From an uncultured Coriobacteriia bacterium (GTDB lineage Bacteria > Actinomycetota > Coriobacteriia > Anaerosomatales > PHET01), in the NCBI GenBank assembly GCA_942493275.1, contig OW818687.1:1223211-1287210 (forward strand): DNA of 64,000 nucleotides, written 5' to 3'. Both the position numbers and the translations under genes were made by a program. Every line of letters begins with the position of its first letter. Position 1 is the first letter of the stretch. Of this stretch, positions 1-8,859 are shown piece after piece. Under the pieces are notes generated by a model. The model was given only the letters and a program-made list of their open reading frames with translations, did not search any database and was not told the DNA's origin.

Positions 1-1972
1 CGCCAGCACCTTTGGCGGGGCTTATGCCCCCATGCAGGTCGCCAAGTACGTCATGTTCCTTCTGTCCGCTCCCGTGCAGTTCATAGCGGGCGCGCGCTTC
101 TACCGTGGAGCGTGGGGCGCTGCCAAGCAGCGCACCGGCAACATGGACACCCTGATCGCCATCGGTACGTCGGCGGCGTTCTTCTACAGCATGGCCGCCA
201 CCTTCATCCCGGCGCTCGAGATGGAGCCGGTCTTCTACGAGACCTCGGCGCTGCTCATCATGTTCGTGCTTCTCGGCAAGCTGCTTGAGGCACGGGCGAA
301 GGGCAAGACGTCGGACGCCATCAAGAAGCTCATGGGCCTCGCGGCCAAGACCGCCCGCGTCGTGCGCGGCGGCGAAGAGCTCGACATCCCGGTCGAGCAG
401 GTGGTCGTGGGCGACCTGGTGGTCGTGCGTCCCGGCGAAAAGGTCCCGGTCGACGGCGTGATCATGGACGGTTCCAGCGCCGTGGACGAGTCGATGCTCA
501 CCGGCGAGTCGATCCCGGTCGAGAAGGGCGCCGGCGACAGCGTCATCGGAGCGACCCTGAACAAGCTCGGCAGCTTCCGCTTCCGCGCGACCAAGGTCGG
601 CTCGGATACCGCTCTCGCGCAGATCATCAAGCTCGTCGAGGACGCGCAGGGCAGCAAGGCCCCGGTCCAGCGATTCGCTGACCGCATCAGTGCCGTGTTC
701 GTCCCGTTCGTCATCGGCGCGTCGCTTCTCACGTTCTTGTTTTGGGCGTTCGCGGGCCCCGCGATCTTCGGTGCGACTCCCGACCCGATGGCCGGCGGCC
801 TGATCCTGGAGCCGATCCTCATGTCGGCCTCGGTGAACGGCTGGTGGATCGCTTCGCTGCTCGCTGGCATCGCGGTCGTCGTTATCGCCTGCCCGTGCGC
901 CCTCGGCCTGGCCACTCCCACCGCAATCATGGTGGGCACGGGCCGCGGCGCCGAGAATGGCATCCTGATCAAGAGCGGCGACGCTCTGGAGACCGCCTAC
1001 AAGCTCTCCGCGGTCGTGTTCGACAAGACCGGCACGCTGACCCACGGCAAGCCCGTCGTCACCGACATAGAGCTCGCCGAGGGCCACGACGTCACCCGCG
1101 TCTTCACGATGGCCGCGGCACTCGAGCGCGGAAGCGAGCACCCGCTCGCCGAGGCGATCCTCGCGCGCGCCAAGGAGGACGGTATCGACGTGCCGGCTGT
1201 CGAGGGCTTCTCGGCAGTTCCCGGACACGGGGTCGAGGGTGCGGTCATGGGCATGAACGTCGCCTTTGGCAACCGCAAGCTGATGGCCCGCGAGGGCATC
1301 GACATCTCGGCATACGAGGACCGCATCGCGACTCTCGAGGACGAGGGCAAGACCGTCATGCTCGTGGGCGTCAACGGCGTCAAGCTGGCGGGCATCATCG
1401 CCGTCGCGGACACGCTCAAGGAGAACTCGGCCGAGGCGCTCACGCGTCTGGGCGAGATGGGCGTCGAGACGTTCATGATCACCGGTGACAACCGCCGTAC
1501 CGCCGAGGCGATCGCGCGAATCGCGGGCATGGACTCGCAGCACGTGCTCGCCGACGTTCTGCCGGAGCACAAGGCCCAGGAGGTCGCGAAACTCCAGGAG
1601 CAGGGCAAGACGGTCGCGATGGTCGGAGACGGCATCAACGACACCCCCGCGCTCGCGCAAGCCGACGTCGGCATCGCGATGGGCGCTGGCACCGACGTAG
1701 CCGTCGAGACCGGCGGCATCGTGCTGATCAAGAACGACCTGCGTGACGTGGTGGGCGGCATCGAGCTGTCCCGCGCCACGATGCGCAAGATCCGGCAGAA
1801 CTTCGGCTGGGCGCTTGGCTACAACACGCTGCTCATCCCCGTCGCCGCAGTGGGACTGCTCTCGGGCGCCCCGTGGCTCGCGGGCGCGGCGATGGCGTTC
1901 TCAAGCGTTTCGGTCGTCACCAACTCACTACTTCTGCGCCGTTTCAAGCCGTCGCTTGCCGCGAAGCGCTAA
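1..1972 (+). CDS. copA: Cu(I)-translocating P1B-type ATPase, 5'-truncated at window edge
   Basis: Reading frame is open from position 2. Motifs TGES, CPC ([10 protein letters not shown]), DKTGTLT and GDGINDTP are present. TM7 has YN-x4-P (GYNTLLIP) and TM8 has M-x2-SS (MAFSS), both typical of Cu+ P1B-1 pumps. Confidence 0.9.
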   Translation, partial: ASTFGGAYAPMQVAKYVMFLLSAPVQFIAGARFYRGAWGAAKQRTGNMDTLIAIGTSAAFFYSMAATFIPALEMEPVFYETSALLIMFVLLGKLLEARAKGKTSDAIKKLMGLAAKTARVVRGGEELDIPVEQVVVGDLVVVRPGEKVPVDGVIMDGSSAVDESMLTGESIPVEKGAGDSVIGATLNKLGSFRFRATKVGSDTALAQIIKLVEDAQGSKAPVQRFADRISAVFVPFVIGASLLTFLFWAFAGPAIFGATPDPMAGGLILEPILMSASVNGWWIASLLAGIAVVVIACPCALGLATPTAIMVGTGRGAENGILIKSGDALETAYKLSAVVFDKTGTLTHGKPVVTDIELAEGHDVTRVFTMAAALERGSEHPLAEAILARAKEDGIDVPAVEGFSAVPGHGVEGAVMGMNVAFGNRKLMAREGIDISAYEDRIATLEDEGKTVMLVGVNGVKLAGIIAVADTLKENSAEALTRLGEMGVETFMITGDNRRTAEAIARIAGMDSQHVLADVLPEHKAQEVAKLQEQGKTVAMVGDGINDTPALAQADVGIAMGAGTDVAVETGGIVLIKNDLRDVVGGIELSRATMRKIRQNFGWALGYNTLLIPVAAVGLLSGAPWLAGAAMAFSSVSVVTNSLLLRRFKPSLAAKR

Positions 1973-1991
1973 CACAGGAAGGCACACACAG

Positions 1992-2825
1992 ATGAACAAG
2001 TTCATGAAGGCAGGTCTCGCGCTCGCTCTGGCCAGCGCCACCATCTTCGCTGCAGGTTGCTCGACCAGCGGGGAGACGGAGGAGTCGAGTGACTCCGAGG
2101 TCTGGGGCTACGTCGCGGGCGCAGACGCCGCGCAGCTCGAGATCACCGAGGACCAGGACGGCGTCGACACGCTCGTGGTCGACAGGGCGCTCGCTCCCGA
2201 CGACGCCTGGATCGTCGTCCACGCCGACGACAACGGCAAGCCCGGCATGCGTGTCGGTCTCGCTCGCATCGAGAAGGGCGAGAGCACGGACGTGAAGGTC
2301 GAGCTCGAGGATCTGACGACCCCCAACGTGATCGTCGCGATGCACGCCGACCGCGGTGAGGCCGAGGAGTTCGACTTCGACATGATGAACGCCAAGATGA
2401 GCCCGGACCGTCCCTACTTCGTGGACGGCAAGGAGCTCGCCAAGGTGGTCACGGTCCGCGAGTTCGGTATCGAGACTCCTGCCGGCACCGCAGCCATCGA
2501 GGTCTCCGACCAGGCTGGCGCCAAGGAGAGCCTTACCATCGACAAGGCCGTCGCTCCGGCCGGCGCATGGGTGGTCGTGCACCTCGACGACGAGGGCGCT
2601 CCGGGAGCGCGCGTGGGCCTGCTCCAGATCCCGTCCGGTGAGAGCACGGGCCTGACGGTCGAGCTCGACCCGCTTCCGCTGACCGCGAAGGTGTTCGTCG
2701 CGGTTCACGCTGACGCCGCCGAGCCCGGCGTGTTCGAGTTCGACATGATGAACAAGATCAACAGCGCCGACCAGCCGTACTTCGTCGACGGCGAAGAGGT
2801 CGCCACGGTGGTAGGCATCAAGTAG
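1992..2825 (+). CDS. Lipoprotein with two internal repeat modules, function unknown
   Basis: ATG 1992 follows AGGAAGG. Signal peptide with lipobox (IFAAGC). Two ~125-aa repeats each carry W(I/V)VVH-DD-G-PG, GES..V.VEL, VA(M/V)HAD and F(D/E)FDMMN...PYFVDG. Confidence 0.75.
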   Translation: MNKFMKAGLALALASATIFAAGCSTSGETEESSDSEVWGYVAGADAAQLEITEDQDGVDTLVVDRALAPDDAWIVVHADDNGKPGMRVGLARIEKGESTDVKVELEDLTTPNVIVAMHADRGEAEEFDFDMMNAKMSPDRPYFVDGKELAKVVTVREFGIETPAGTAAIEVSDQAGAKESLTIDKAVAPAGAWVVVHLDDEGAPGARVGLLQIPSGESTGLTVELDPLPLTAKVFVAVHADAAEPGVFEFDMMNKINSADQPYFVDGEEVATVVGIK

Positions 2826-2848
2826 GTTGTTCGCTTCGGTCACTTCAG

Positions 2849-2879
2849 GCGGCCCGACCCTACACGGGGGTCGGGCCGC
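2849..2879 (+). terminator. GC-rich hairpin between the two lipoprotein genes
   Basis: GCGGCCCGACCC / GGGTCGGGCCGC forms a perfect 12-bp stem with a 7-nt loop, 24 nt after the stop at 2825. There is no clear U-tract. Confidence 0.55.
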
Positions 2880-2985
2880 TATGATGCTCCCGAGGGCTTG
2901 CGGGTAGATTAGGCACAGCGGTCCACGCCGGGACATGAGTCCGGCGATCACGGTCCGACGCAAACCACGGAAGGCGAGGCACTCG

Positions 2986-3843
2986 ATGTCGGTACGTGCG
3001 GTCATGCTTGCGGCGCTGGTGATCATGTCCCTTACGGGGTGCGCCGCGTCATCGGAGGAGCCCGCCGAGGGTGGCGCCATGGGAATGGCGGCGACCGGTG
3101 AGCCCGCGAGTGACGAGCAGATCATGATGGGCGGCCTTGTCGCGTCGAAGGAATGCACCGTCACCACCGAACAGGCGGCCGTCGTTGACGGCGTCCTGGT
3201 CGTGCCCTACGTTCACGCTCCGACCGACGGTTGGGTTGTCGTGCGCTCCGCCGTGAGCCCCGGCGAGGTGCTCGGTTACGCTGCCGTCCCCGAGGGCGAG
3301 AGCCGCAACGTCGAAGTCAAACTCGCGGCCGCCGACGGCTACGCCGTTCGCGTCGCGCTCCACGGTGACCGCGGTGCATCGGGCGTCTTCGAGTTCGACG
3401 CCGAGCGACCCGAGCGCAGCTCGGACGGGCCCTACTACGTCGGCTCGGTGGCTGTCGAGCAGTTCACCGAACTCACCGGCTTCGGTGAGGTTGTCTCGGC
3501 GAACTCGGCTTCTCTGCTCGTCGACGAGTCGCAAGCGGTGAAGGATGCCATCAGTGTGCGCTACGTGCTGACGCCGGGACCGTCGTGGGTCGTGGTGAGC
3601 CTGTGGGAGGGCGGACTTCCGGGCAAGGTCGTCGGCTACGCTCCGCGTAAGGCGGGGGAGACGTTCGAGGTGAGCGTGCCTGTGAGCGGGGTCGGTGAGG
3701 CCGAGGAGCTCTACGTGACGATGCACGCCGACCTGGGCGCCGCGGACGTCTTCGAGTACGACAATGCCGACCCCCTCGGGTCGGAGGACCCCCCGTTCGT
3801 CTCGGCTGGGGTCGTTGTGTCGCAGCGGGTGCGCACCAAGTAG
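2986..3843 (+). CDS. Lipoprotein, paralog of 1992..2825 with two repeat modules
   Basis: ATG 2986 follows AAGGCGAGG. Signal peptide with lipobox (SLTGC). Repeats carry WVVV, (V/G)GYA, GE(S/T).(N/E)V.V, (A/T)(L/M)H(G/A)D.GA..VFE(F/Y)D and P(Y/F).V. Confidence 0.75.
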   Translation: MSVRAVMLAALVIMSLTGCAASSEEPAEGGAMGMAATGEPASDEQIMMGGLVASKECTVTTEQAAVVDGVLVVPYVHAPTDGWVVVRSAVSPGEVLGYAAVPEGESRNVEVKLAAADGYAVRVALHGDRGASGVFEFDAERPERSSDGPYYVGSVAVEQFTELTGFGEVVSANSASLLVDESQAVKDAISVRYVLTPGPSWVVVSLWEGGLPGKVVGYAPRKAGETFEVSVPVSGVGEAEELYVTMHADLGAADVFEYDNADPLGSEDPPFVSAGVVVSQRVRTK

Positions 3844-3868
3844 CCTCGACCCTTCGAAAGGCGCTTCC

Positions 3869-4495
3869 ATGCGGGTTCTCGTCATCGGAGCCGGGGGTCG
3901 AACCGGCCGGCACATCGTCGAGCAGGCGCTCGGACACGGGCACGAGGTGCGTGCTTTTGTGCGCGCGACCGAACCGGGCCTGACTCACCCGCGGCTGGAG
4001 ATGGTGCGCGGCGACGTACTCGACTTCGAGGCCGTCAGCACCGCGGTGGAGGGGTGCGACGCGGTCGCTTTCGCGTTGGGGTCCGGCGGCAGCGCGCAGG
4101 TCACGGTCTTCTCGGAGGGAATCGCTAACGTCATCCACGCGATGGCGGTGCGCCAGATCTACAAGCTGGCGGCGGTCAGCGCGGCGGGTACCTTCGCCCG
4201 AGATGATTCGCGGCTGTCGATGGGCTTCCGGCTCAAGATCAGGACGACGCTGAAGCCCGTCTACGACGACCTAGAGCGCATGGAAGACCGCATCATGGCG
4301 TCCGCACTCGACTGGACGATCGTGCGGCCCGTGGGGCTCTCGGACGGTCCCAAGACCGGCGCGTACCGCACCTCGCTCGAGGGGCAGATGCTGCCCAAGT
4401 CCTCGCGCGTGTCGCGCGCCGACGTGGCCGCGCTCGTCCTCAAGTCGCTCGAGACGCAGGTCTACACTCACTGCGCGGTCACCATCGCCGACTAG
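3869..4495 (+). CDS. NAD(P)H-binding protein (atypical SDR / BVR-B-like)
   Basis: N-terminal Rossmann motif MRVLVIGAGGRTGRHIV. ATG 3869 lies inside the longer ORF 3764..4495. Confidence 0.75.
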   Translation: MRVLVIGAGGRTGRHIVEQALGHGHEVRAFVRATEPGLTHPRLEMVRGDVLDFEAVSTAVEGCDAVAFALGSGGSAQVTVFSEGIANVIHAMAVRQIYKLAAVSAAGTFARDDSRLSMGFRLKIRTTLKPVYDDLERMEDRIMASALDWTIVRPVGLSDGPKTGAYRTSLEGQMLPKSSRVSRADVAALVLKSLETQVYTHCAVTIAD

Positions 4496-4511
4496 GCCGC
4501 GCAGCCACCCG

Positions 4512-4937
4512 TCACGGAATCACGTCTTCTGAATCAAGCTCTCCGAGAGGCCCCTCCCGCGCGTGTTGGATGTGTGCCTTCCAGGTGTCGAGCGCCTGCA
4601 CCTCGAGGTTGACCTCCCGCAGCTGCGCGCGCAGCTCGGCGTTGGTGCGGTCGAGCGACCACGCGTCGATGAGCACTTTGCGCGCGGCCCGCGGAGAGCC
4701 GATGGCGACGTAGGACTCGGCGAGCAGCGACCCGTGCACCTGTCGGTATGCGATGACCTGCGGCTGAAGCCGCACTGCCTCGGCCGCCGCGCGGACTCGC
4801 TCGAGCAGCGGACCCGGGGCTTGCGCCGCCGAGATGGCCCCGTCGGCCCGGTTGACGTGCGTCACCTGGGTGTACTGCAGCCACGCGGCTATGACGACCA
4901 GCGCGATGAACACCGCGAATGTCGCGAGGCGCCTCAT
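4512..4937 (-). CDS. Membrane-anchored hypothetical protein
   Basis: 141-aa ORF with an N-terminal TM helix (FAVFIALVVIAAWL). Its start overlaps the LysR stop by 1 nt. Confidence 0.55.
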   Translation of the reverse strand: MRRLATFAVFIALVVIAAWLQYTQVTHVNRADGAISAAQAPGPLLERVRAAAEAVRLQPQVIAYRQVHGSLLAESYVAIGSPRAARKVLIDAWSLDRTNAELRAQLREVNLEVQALDTWKAHIQHAREGPLGELDSEDVIP

Positions 4938-5884
4938 CAGCCCGGAAGCGGCTCGTCGTCGGGCCGGGGGAGGGTCTCTGCGACCTTCTCGGCGGCGGTG
5001 CGGAGGGCGGCGAGCACGGTCGCGATGCCGGGGTTGCCCCCGCTGCCGCGACGGATGGCCGCCCAGATCGACCGGTTGAGGTCGAGGTCGTATGCCTCGC
5101 GAATCGCGACGCCGCTCAAGTCGCCGACGAGCGCGAGTGGGGGAACGAGCGCGACGCCGAGGCCCGCGGCCACTGCGGCGAGGATGACCTCGAAGTCCAT
5201 CGAGTGGAAGTCGGTGAGGGGTTCGTAGCCCGATCGCCGCCCGGCCGCGGTCACGAGGTCGAGCATCGAGGTCGAGTCACGGCCGACGATCCACTCCTCC
5301 TCGCGGAGCTCGGCGATGGTGACCGGCCCGGGACGGGTCGCGATCGGGTGCGTCGAGGGCATGGCGACGTACACCTTCTCGGACAGGAGTTCTTCGCGCT
5401 CGACTCCCGGGTCTTCGAGCGACGGGAGGAGGTCCCACTCGTAGGTGACGACCAGGTCGAGCTCGCGTGCCTTGAGCGCCGGCAATGACTCCTCAGGCTC
5501 GAGGTCGATCATCGACAGCCGCAGGTTGGGATGGTTGTCGCGCAAGTCCACGAGGGCCGGGATGAGGATGGCGCGGGCCGCCGTCGGGAAGGCCGAGACC
5601 CTGACGTGTCCGACGATCCCGCGTGAGGATGCGGCGAGCTCGGCCTCGGCGTGCTCGATCGCGGCGAGGATGCGTTCGGTGTTGTCGACGAGCGACCGGC
5701 CGGCGTCGGTGAGGCGCACTCCTCGGCCACGGCGCTCCAGCAGCGACACTCCGGCTTCGCGCTCGAGTACCGCCATCTGCTGCGAAACGGCCGACGGCGA
5801 CATGTACAACGCCTCGGCCGCGGCGGCGATCGTTCCGCGCGCCGCGACCTCACGAAGCATCTTCAGGCGGGTGACGTTCAACAT
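4937..5884 (-). CDS. LysR-family transcriptional regulator
   Basis: N-terminal wHTH (LKMLREVAARGTIAAAAEALYMSPSAVSQQMAVLE) plus a substrate-binding domain. Start taken at MLNVTRL. Confidence 0.9.
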   Translation of the reverse strand: MLNVTRLKMLREVAARGTIAAAAEALYMSPSAVSQQMAVLEREAGVSLLERRGRGVRLTDAGRSLVDNTERILAAIEHAEAELAASSRGIVGHVRVSAFPTAARAILIPALVDLRDNHPNLRLSMIDLEPEESLPALKARELDLVVTYEWDLLPSLEDPGVEREELLSEKVYVAMPSTHPIATRPGPVTIAELREEEWIVGRDSTSMLDLVTAAGRRSGYEPLTDFHSMDFEVILAAVAAGLGVALVPPLALVGDLSGVAIREAYDLDLNRSIWAAIRRGSGGNPGIATVLAALRTAAEKVAETLPRPDDEPLPG

Positions 5885-5893
5885 AAAGTAAAT

Positions 5894-5910
5894 CTTACGA
5901 TATGCGTAAG
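5894..5910. promoter_or_regulatory. LysR-type T-N11-A palindrome (CTTACG-ATATG-CGTAAG)
   Basis: Perfect 6-bp arms in an AT-rich patch, 10 bp upstream of the LysR start and facing the divergent micro-ORF. Confidence 0.5.
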
Positions 5911-6011
5911 GAAGCGACAATGTATCTTTCCACTTGATGGGACGATGATTGCTTTGTCAGAAGCGAGAACTTGCTCGCGGCAACAGGGTCGCGATCGATA
6001 AGGAGGACACC

Positions 6012-6110
6012 ATGTACGACAGCTTCAGCGCAGGAACCGTGTTCTACGGTCGCACGCTCGCCGTGGTTGCAGTCGCAATCGCTCTGTCTGTGCTCGCGCA
6101 CCTGATCTAA
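6012..6110 (+). CDS. 32-aa hydrophobic micro-protein or leader peptide (MYDSFSAGTVFYGRTLAVVAVAIALSVLAHLI)
   Basis: Not in the ORF track because it is under 60 aa. Strong SD AAGGAGGA lies 5 nt before ATG 6012. One predicted TM helix. Divergent from LysR. Confidence 0.45.
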   Translation: MYDSFSAGTVFYGRTLAVVAVAIALSVLAHLI

Positions 6111-6120
6111 GCCCCCTTGA

Positions 6121-6189
6121 GCCGCCGCCGGCATCCCCCGGCGGCGGTGTCCCGAATACATGACGCCCCGAGGATCCCCTCGGGGCGTC
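6121..6189 (+). terminator. Two tandem GC-rich hairpins after the micro-ORF
   Basis: 6121-6148: GCCGCCGCCGG / CCGGCGGCGGT. 6162-6189: GACGCCCCGAGG-ATCC-CCTCGGGGCGTC, a perfect 12-bp stem. No U-tracts. Confidence 0.5.
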
Positions 6190-6304
6190 TATGCGTTCGG
6201 GGAAGATTCCTATGCGCTCCGCGCACCGCAGCGGGCGCCGACATTCCCACATGGTCGCGTGCGCGGTATCGTTCGGGTCACAGTCCCGCTGAAGGAGGAC
6301 CAAG

Positions 6305-6709
6305 GTGGAAGAACGCGGCTCGCAGACCCAGATGCCCCGAGCGCTGCCTCACGACCCGGGCCCGACGAGCATCCTCGTCTGGATCGCGGCGGCCTTGCTG
6401 GCGGCGGTCTTCGCGCTCGGCCAGATCGCCACGGTCCTGGCCGCGGCTCCCGCGGCGATCGCCTACTACGCGGGGGCCGGAGCGGAGCTCACCGGCTTTG
6501 TCGCGTTCGTCGACTCCATCGGCCCCGTGCTCTTCGGGATGCTTCTTGTTGTGGTCGACGCCATCCTCTTCGCGCTGTTCGCCTGGCTTGGCAGGAAGAC
6601 GTGGATCGGTTTCGCGTTCCTGCCGCCGATGCTCTACCTCGGCTTGGGGTTCGTGATCCTGTGGCTGCTGCTCGCCGGCGTCTTCAACGAGGCGGTCATC
6701 GGCGCGTAG
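6305..6709 (+). CDS. Small polytopic membrane protein
   Basis: GTG 6305 is preceded by GAAGGAGGA. About 4 hydrophobic helices. Confidence 0.65.
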   Translation: MEERGSQTQMPRALPHDPGPTSILVWIAAALLAAVFALGQIATVLAAAPAAIAYYAGAGAELTGFVAFVDSIGPVLFGMLLVVVDAILFALFAWLGRKTWIGFAFLPPMLYLGLGFVILWLLLAGVFNEAVIGA

Positions 6710-6757
6710 AGCCCGGTCGCGGTACCATCACCCGGACACTGTGCCGAAGGGACCTCG

Positions 6758-7111
6758 ATGATTCGCACGTTTGCGGGCTGGTACTCGATTCTTCTGGGAG
6801 TGGGGCTGGCGGTCCTGCCGTTCACCTGGCTCGGCCTGCATGGCGACGTCTCCTCGGCGACGACCGTCCGGATCATAGGGTTCATCCTGGCGGGGGTGCT
6901 CCTCGCCGCCGGCGGCCTGGCGCGGCTTGCGCGCTTTCCGGGCCGCGTGGCATCGGCCTACGTGGGCTTTGGTGCTGGTGTGACCGCGATCGTGATGGCG
7001 CTTGCCCAGCTGCTCGAGATCGGGGCGCCGGAGTGGCAGCTGTTCGCGGGGCTCGCCGCGCTCACGGTTCTGATCGTCGCCGCCTGGTCGCTGTGGCCGG
7101 CCACCTCCTGA
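6758..7111 (+). CDS. Small polytopic membrane protein
   Basis: 117-aa ORF with 4 hydrophobic segments and GC3-rich codons. Confidence 0.6.
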   Translation: MIRTFAGWYSILLGVGLAVLPFTWLGLHGDVSSATTVRIIGFILAGVLLAAGGLARLARFPGRVASAYVGFGAGVTAIVMALAQLLEIGAPEWQLFAGLAALTVLIVAAWSLWPATS

Positions 7112-7199
7112 CGGCTCCCCGGTTCCCTTCCACGCTTTAGCGCAGTAGAGTGGTGGGGTGACCACCGCGCCGCGCGGCGCACCGACTGAAGGAGCCGGC

Positions 7200-8072
7200 A
7201 TGCTCTCGATCGCTCTGCCCAAAGGATCCCTCGAGGAGCAGACGCTCCTTCTGTTCTCGCAGGCCGACATCGCGATCAAGAAGTCGAGCCGCGAGTACAA
7301 CCCCACCTGCGAGGATCCGCGAATCGCGCGCGTGAAGATCCTGCGGCCTCAGGAGATTCCCGTCTACGTCCAGGAGGGGTACTTCGACCTCGGCATCTCC
7401 GGCCACGATTGGGTGCGCGAGAGCGGAGCCGACGTGGTCGAGGTCGCCGAGCTGCCCTACGCCAAGACCGGAACCGGCGTCGTCAACATGGTGCTCGCCG
7501 TGCCCCAGGACTCCGCAATCGAGTCCGCGCGCGACATCCCGGCAGGCAGCCGCATCACCACCGAGTTCCCCAAGGCGACGCAGGCATTCTTCGACGAGCT
7601 CGGCATCCCCGTCGAGGTCCACTTCAGCTACGGCGCCACCGAGGCCAAGGTGCCCGAGATGATGGACGCGCTCGTGGACCTCACCGAGACCGGCTCGACC
7701 CTTCGCCGCAACGGGCTCAAGATCGTCGACACGATCCTGACCTCCACCACCCGGCTGGTCGCCAGCAAAGAGGCGTGGGCCGATCCCGAGAAGCGCCGCG
7801 AGATCGAGGAGATCCGCACGCTCCTGCTCGGTGTGATCGAGGCGCGGGGTCGCGTGCTGCTTTCGCTGAACTGCGCGCACGACCGGCTCGAAGAGGTCAT
7901 CGCCGTCCTGCCCGCGATGAAGCGGCCTACGGTGAGCAAACTCTACGGCTCCGAGGACTACGAGATCACGACCGTCGCCGATAAGTGCGAGGTCAACGTC
8001 CTCATCCCGCGGCTGAAGGCCGCCGGCGCGGAAGACATCCTCGAAATCCCCATCAGCAAGATCGTCCGCTAG
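7200..8072 (+). CDS. hisG: ATP phosphoribosyltransferase, long form
   Basis: MLSIALPKGSLEEQT...RPQEIPVYVQEGYFDLGISGHDW...YGATE. About 290 aa including a C-terminal regulatory domain. GAAGGAG precedes ATG 7200. Confidence 0.9.
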   Translation: MLSIALPKGSLEEQTLLLFSQADIAIKKSSREYNPTCEDPRIARVKILRPQEIPVYVQEGYFDLGISGHDWVRESGADVVEVAELPYAKTGTGVVNMVLAVPQDSAIESARDIPAGSRITTEFPKATQAFFDELGIPVEVHFSYGATEAKVPEMMDALVDLTETGSTLRRNGLKIVDTILTSTTRLVASKEAWADPEKRREIEEIRTLLLGVIEARGRVLLSLNCAHDRLEEVIAVLPAMKRPTVSKLYGSEDYEITTVADKCEVNVLIPRLKAAGAEDILEIPISKIVR

Positions 8073-8127
8073 CGCCGCACGGCCTTGCAGCGCGTGGCAC
8101 ACTGGTGCTTCCAAGAGAGGAGCACGG

Positions 8128-8817
8128 ATGCCTCGTACGGGCTGGTGCCGCGAGTGTGAGAAATGGGTCTGGGTCGACGAGCAGGGTGCGTGTACCAACG
8201 GGCACCCTGCCGAGTCGGTCGAGGCGGTACACGAGGCTGTCCCCCAACCCGTGGGGCCGGTACTCGGCGAGGGCGAGATGCCGCGCGAACTCGAGCGCTT
8301 CAATTGGGGCGCGTTCTGGCTGCCGCAGATATGGGGCATCGTCCACGGCGCATGGCCGCTTGTGGGAATGTGGCTCCTGGGCGCGAGCGCGTCACTGTTT
8401 GCGGCGTCAGCAGTTCCGACCGAGGGCACCGGTGTACTCCGGGCACTCGTTCTCGCGACCACAGTGACGTCTTTCATCGAGGCGCTCGTGCGCCTCTGGG
8501 CAGGCACGAAGGCCAATCGGCTGGTGTGGAATCGGCAGGCGCGCCTTATCGGCATGCCCGGCTCGGCAGTCCCGCGCACGCCCGTCTCCCGCTACAAGCA
8601 GGGGCAGCGCCGCTGGGCTGCGGCGGGGGCGATTCTCGTGGTGGGAACAACCGTCGCCCTGATGCCGGAGGTCCAGAAGACATGGAGCGAGTACGGGGCG
8701 GGGACCGCAGGCGTGGCACTCGGCGCGACCTGGATCGTCGCACAGGTCGCCGCCGCCGCCTGGCTTGCGACTCGAAAGCACGTCGAGGAGCCGGCGGTTC
8801 CTCAGGACCGGGTGTGA
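8128..8817 (+). CDS. Zinc-ribbon plus DUF2628-like membrane protein
   Basis: N-terminal C-x2-C...C-x2-GHP (CRECEKWVWVDEQGACTNGHP), then FNWGAFWLPQIWGIVHGAW and TM helices. Confidence 0.6.
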   Translation: MPRTGWCRECEKWVWVDEQGACTNGHPAESVEAVHEAVPQPVGPVLGEGEMPRELERFNWGAFWLPQIWGIVHGAWPLVGMWLLGASASLFAASAVPTEGTGVLRALVLATTVTSFIEALVRLWAGTKANRLVWNRQARLIGMPGSAVPRTPVSRYKQGQRRWAAAGAILVVGTTVALMPEVQKTWSEYGAGTAGVALGATWIVAQVAAAAWLATRKHVEEPAVPQDRV

Positions 8818-8859
8818 TTCACGGCGCGTCGGGTACTCACTCCTCGGAGGTGGTAGGTC

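Noticed and set aside
7137-8579. Long antisense or out-of-frame ORFs. Examples: 7137..8579(-), 8407..9843(-), 9611..11134(-), 21248..22531(-), 24422..25858(-), 27150..28427(-), 44456..45577(-), 56589..58247(-), 6160..7140(+), 37320..38615(+).
   Set aside because: Their translations are Arg/Pro/Gly/Ala-rich low-complexity strings with no motifs. Each lies opposite, or out of frame with, a gene that has clear family signatures. These are the typical shadow ORFs of high-GC DNA.
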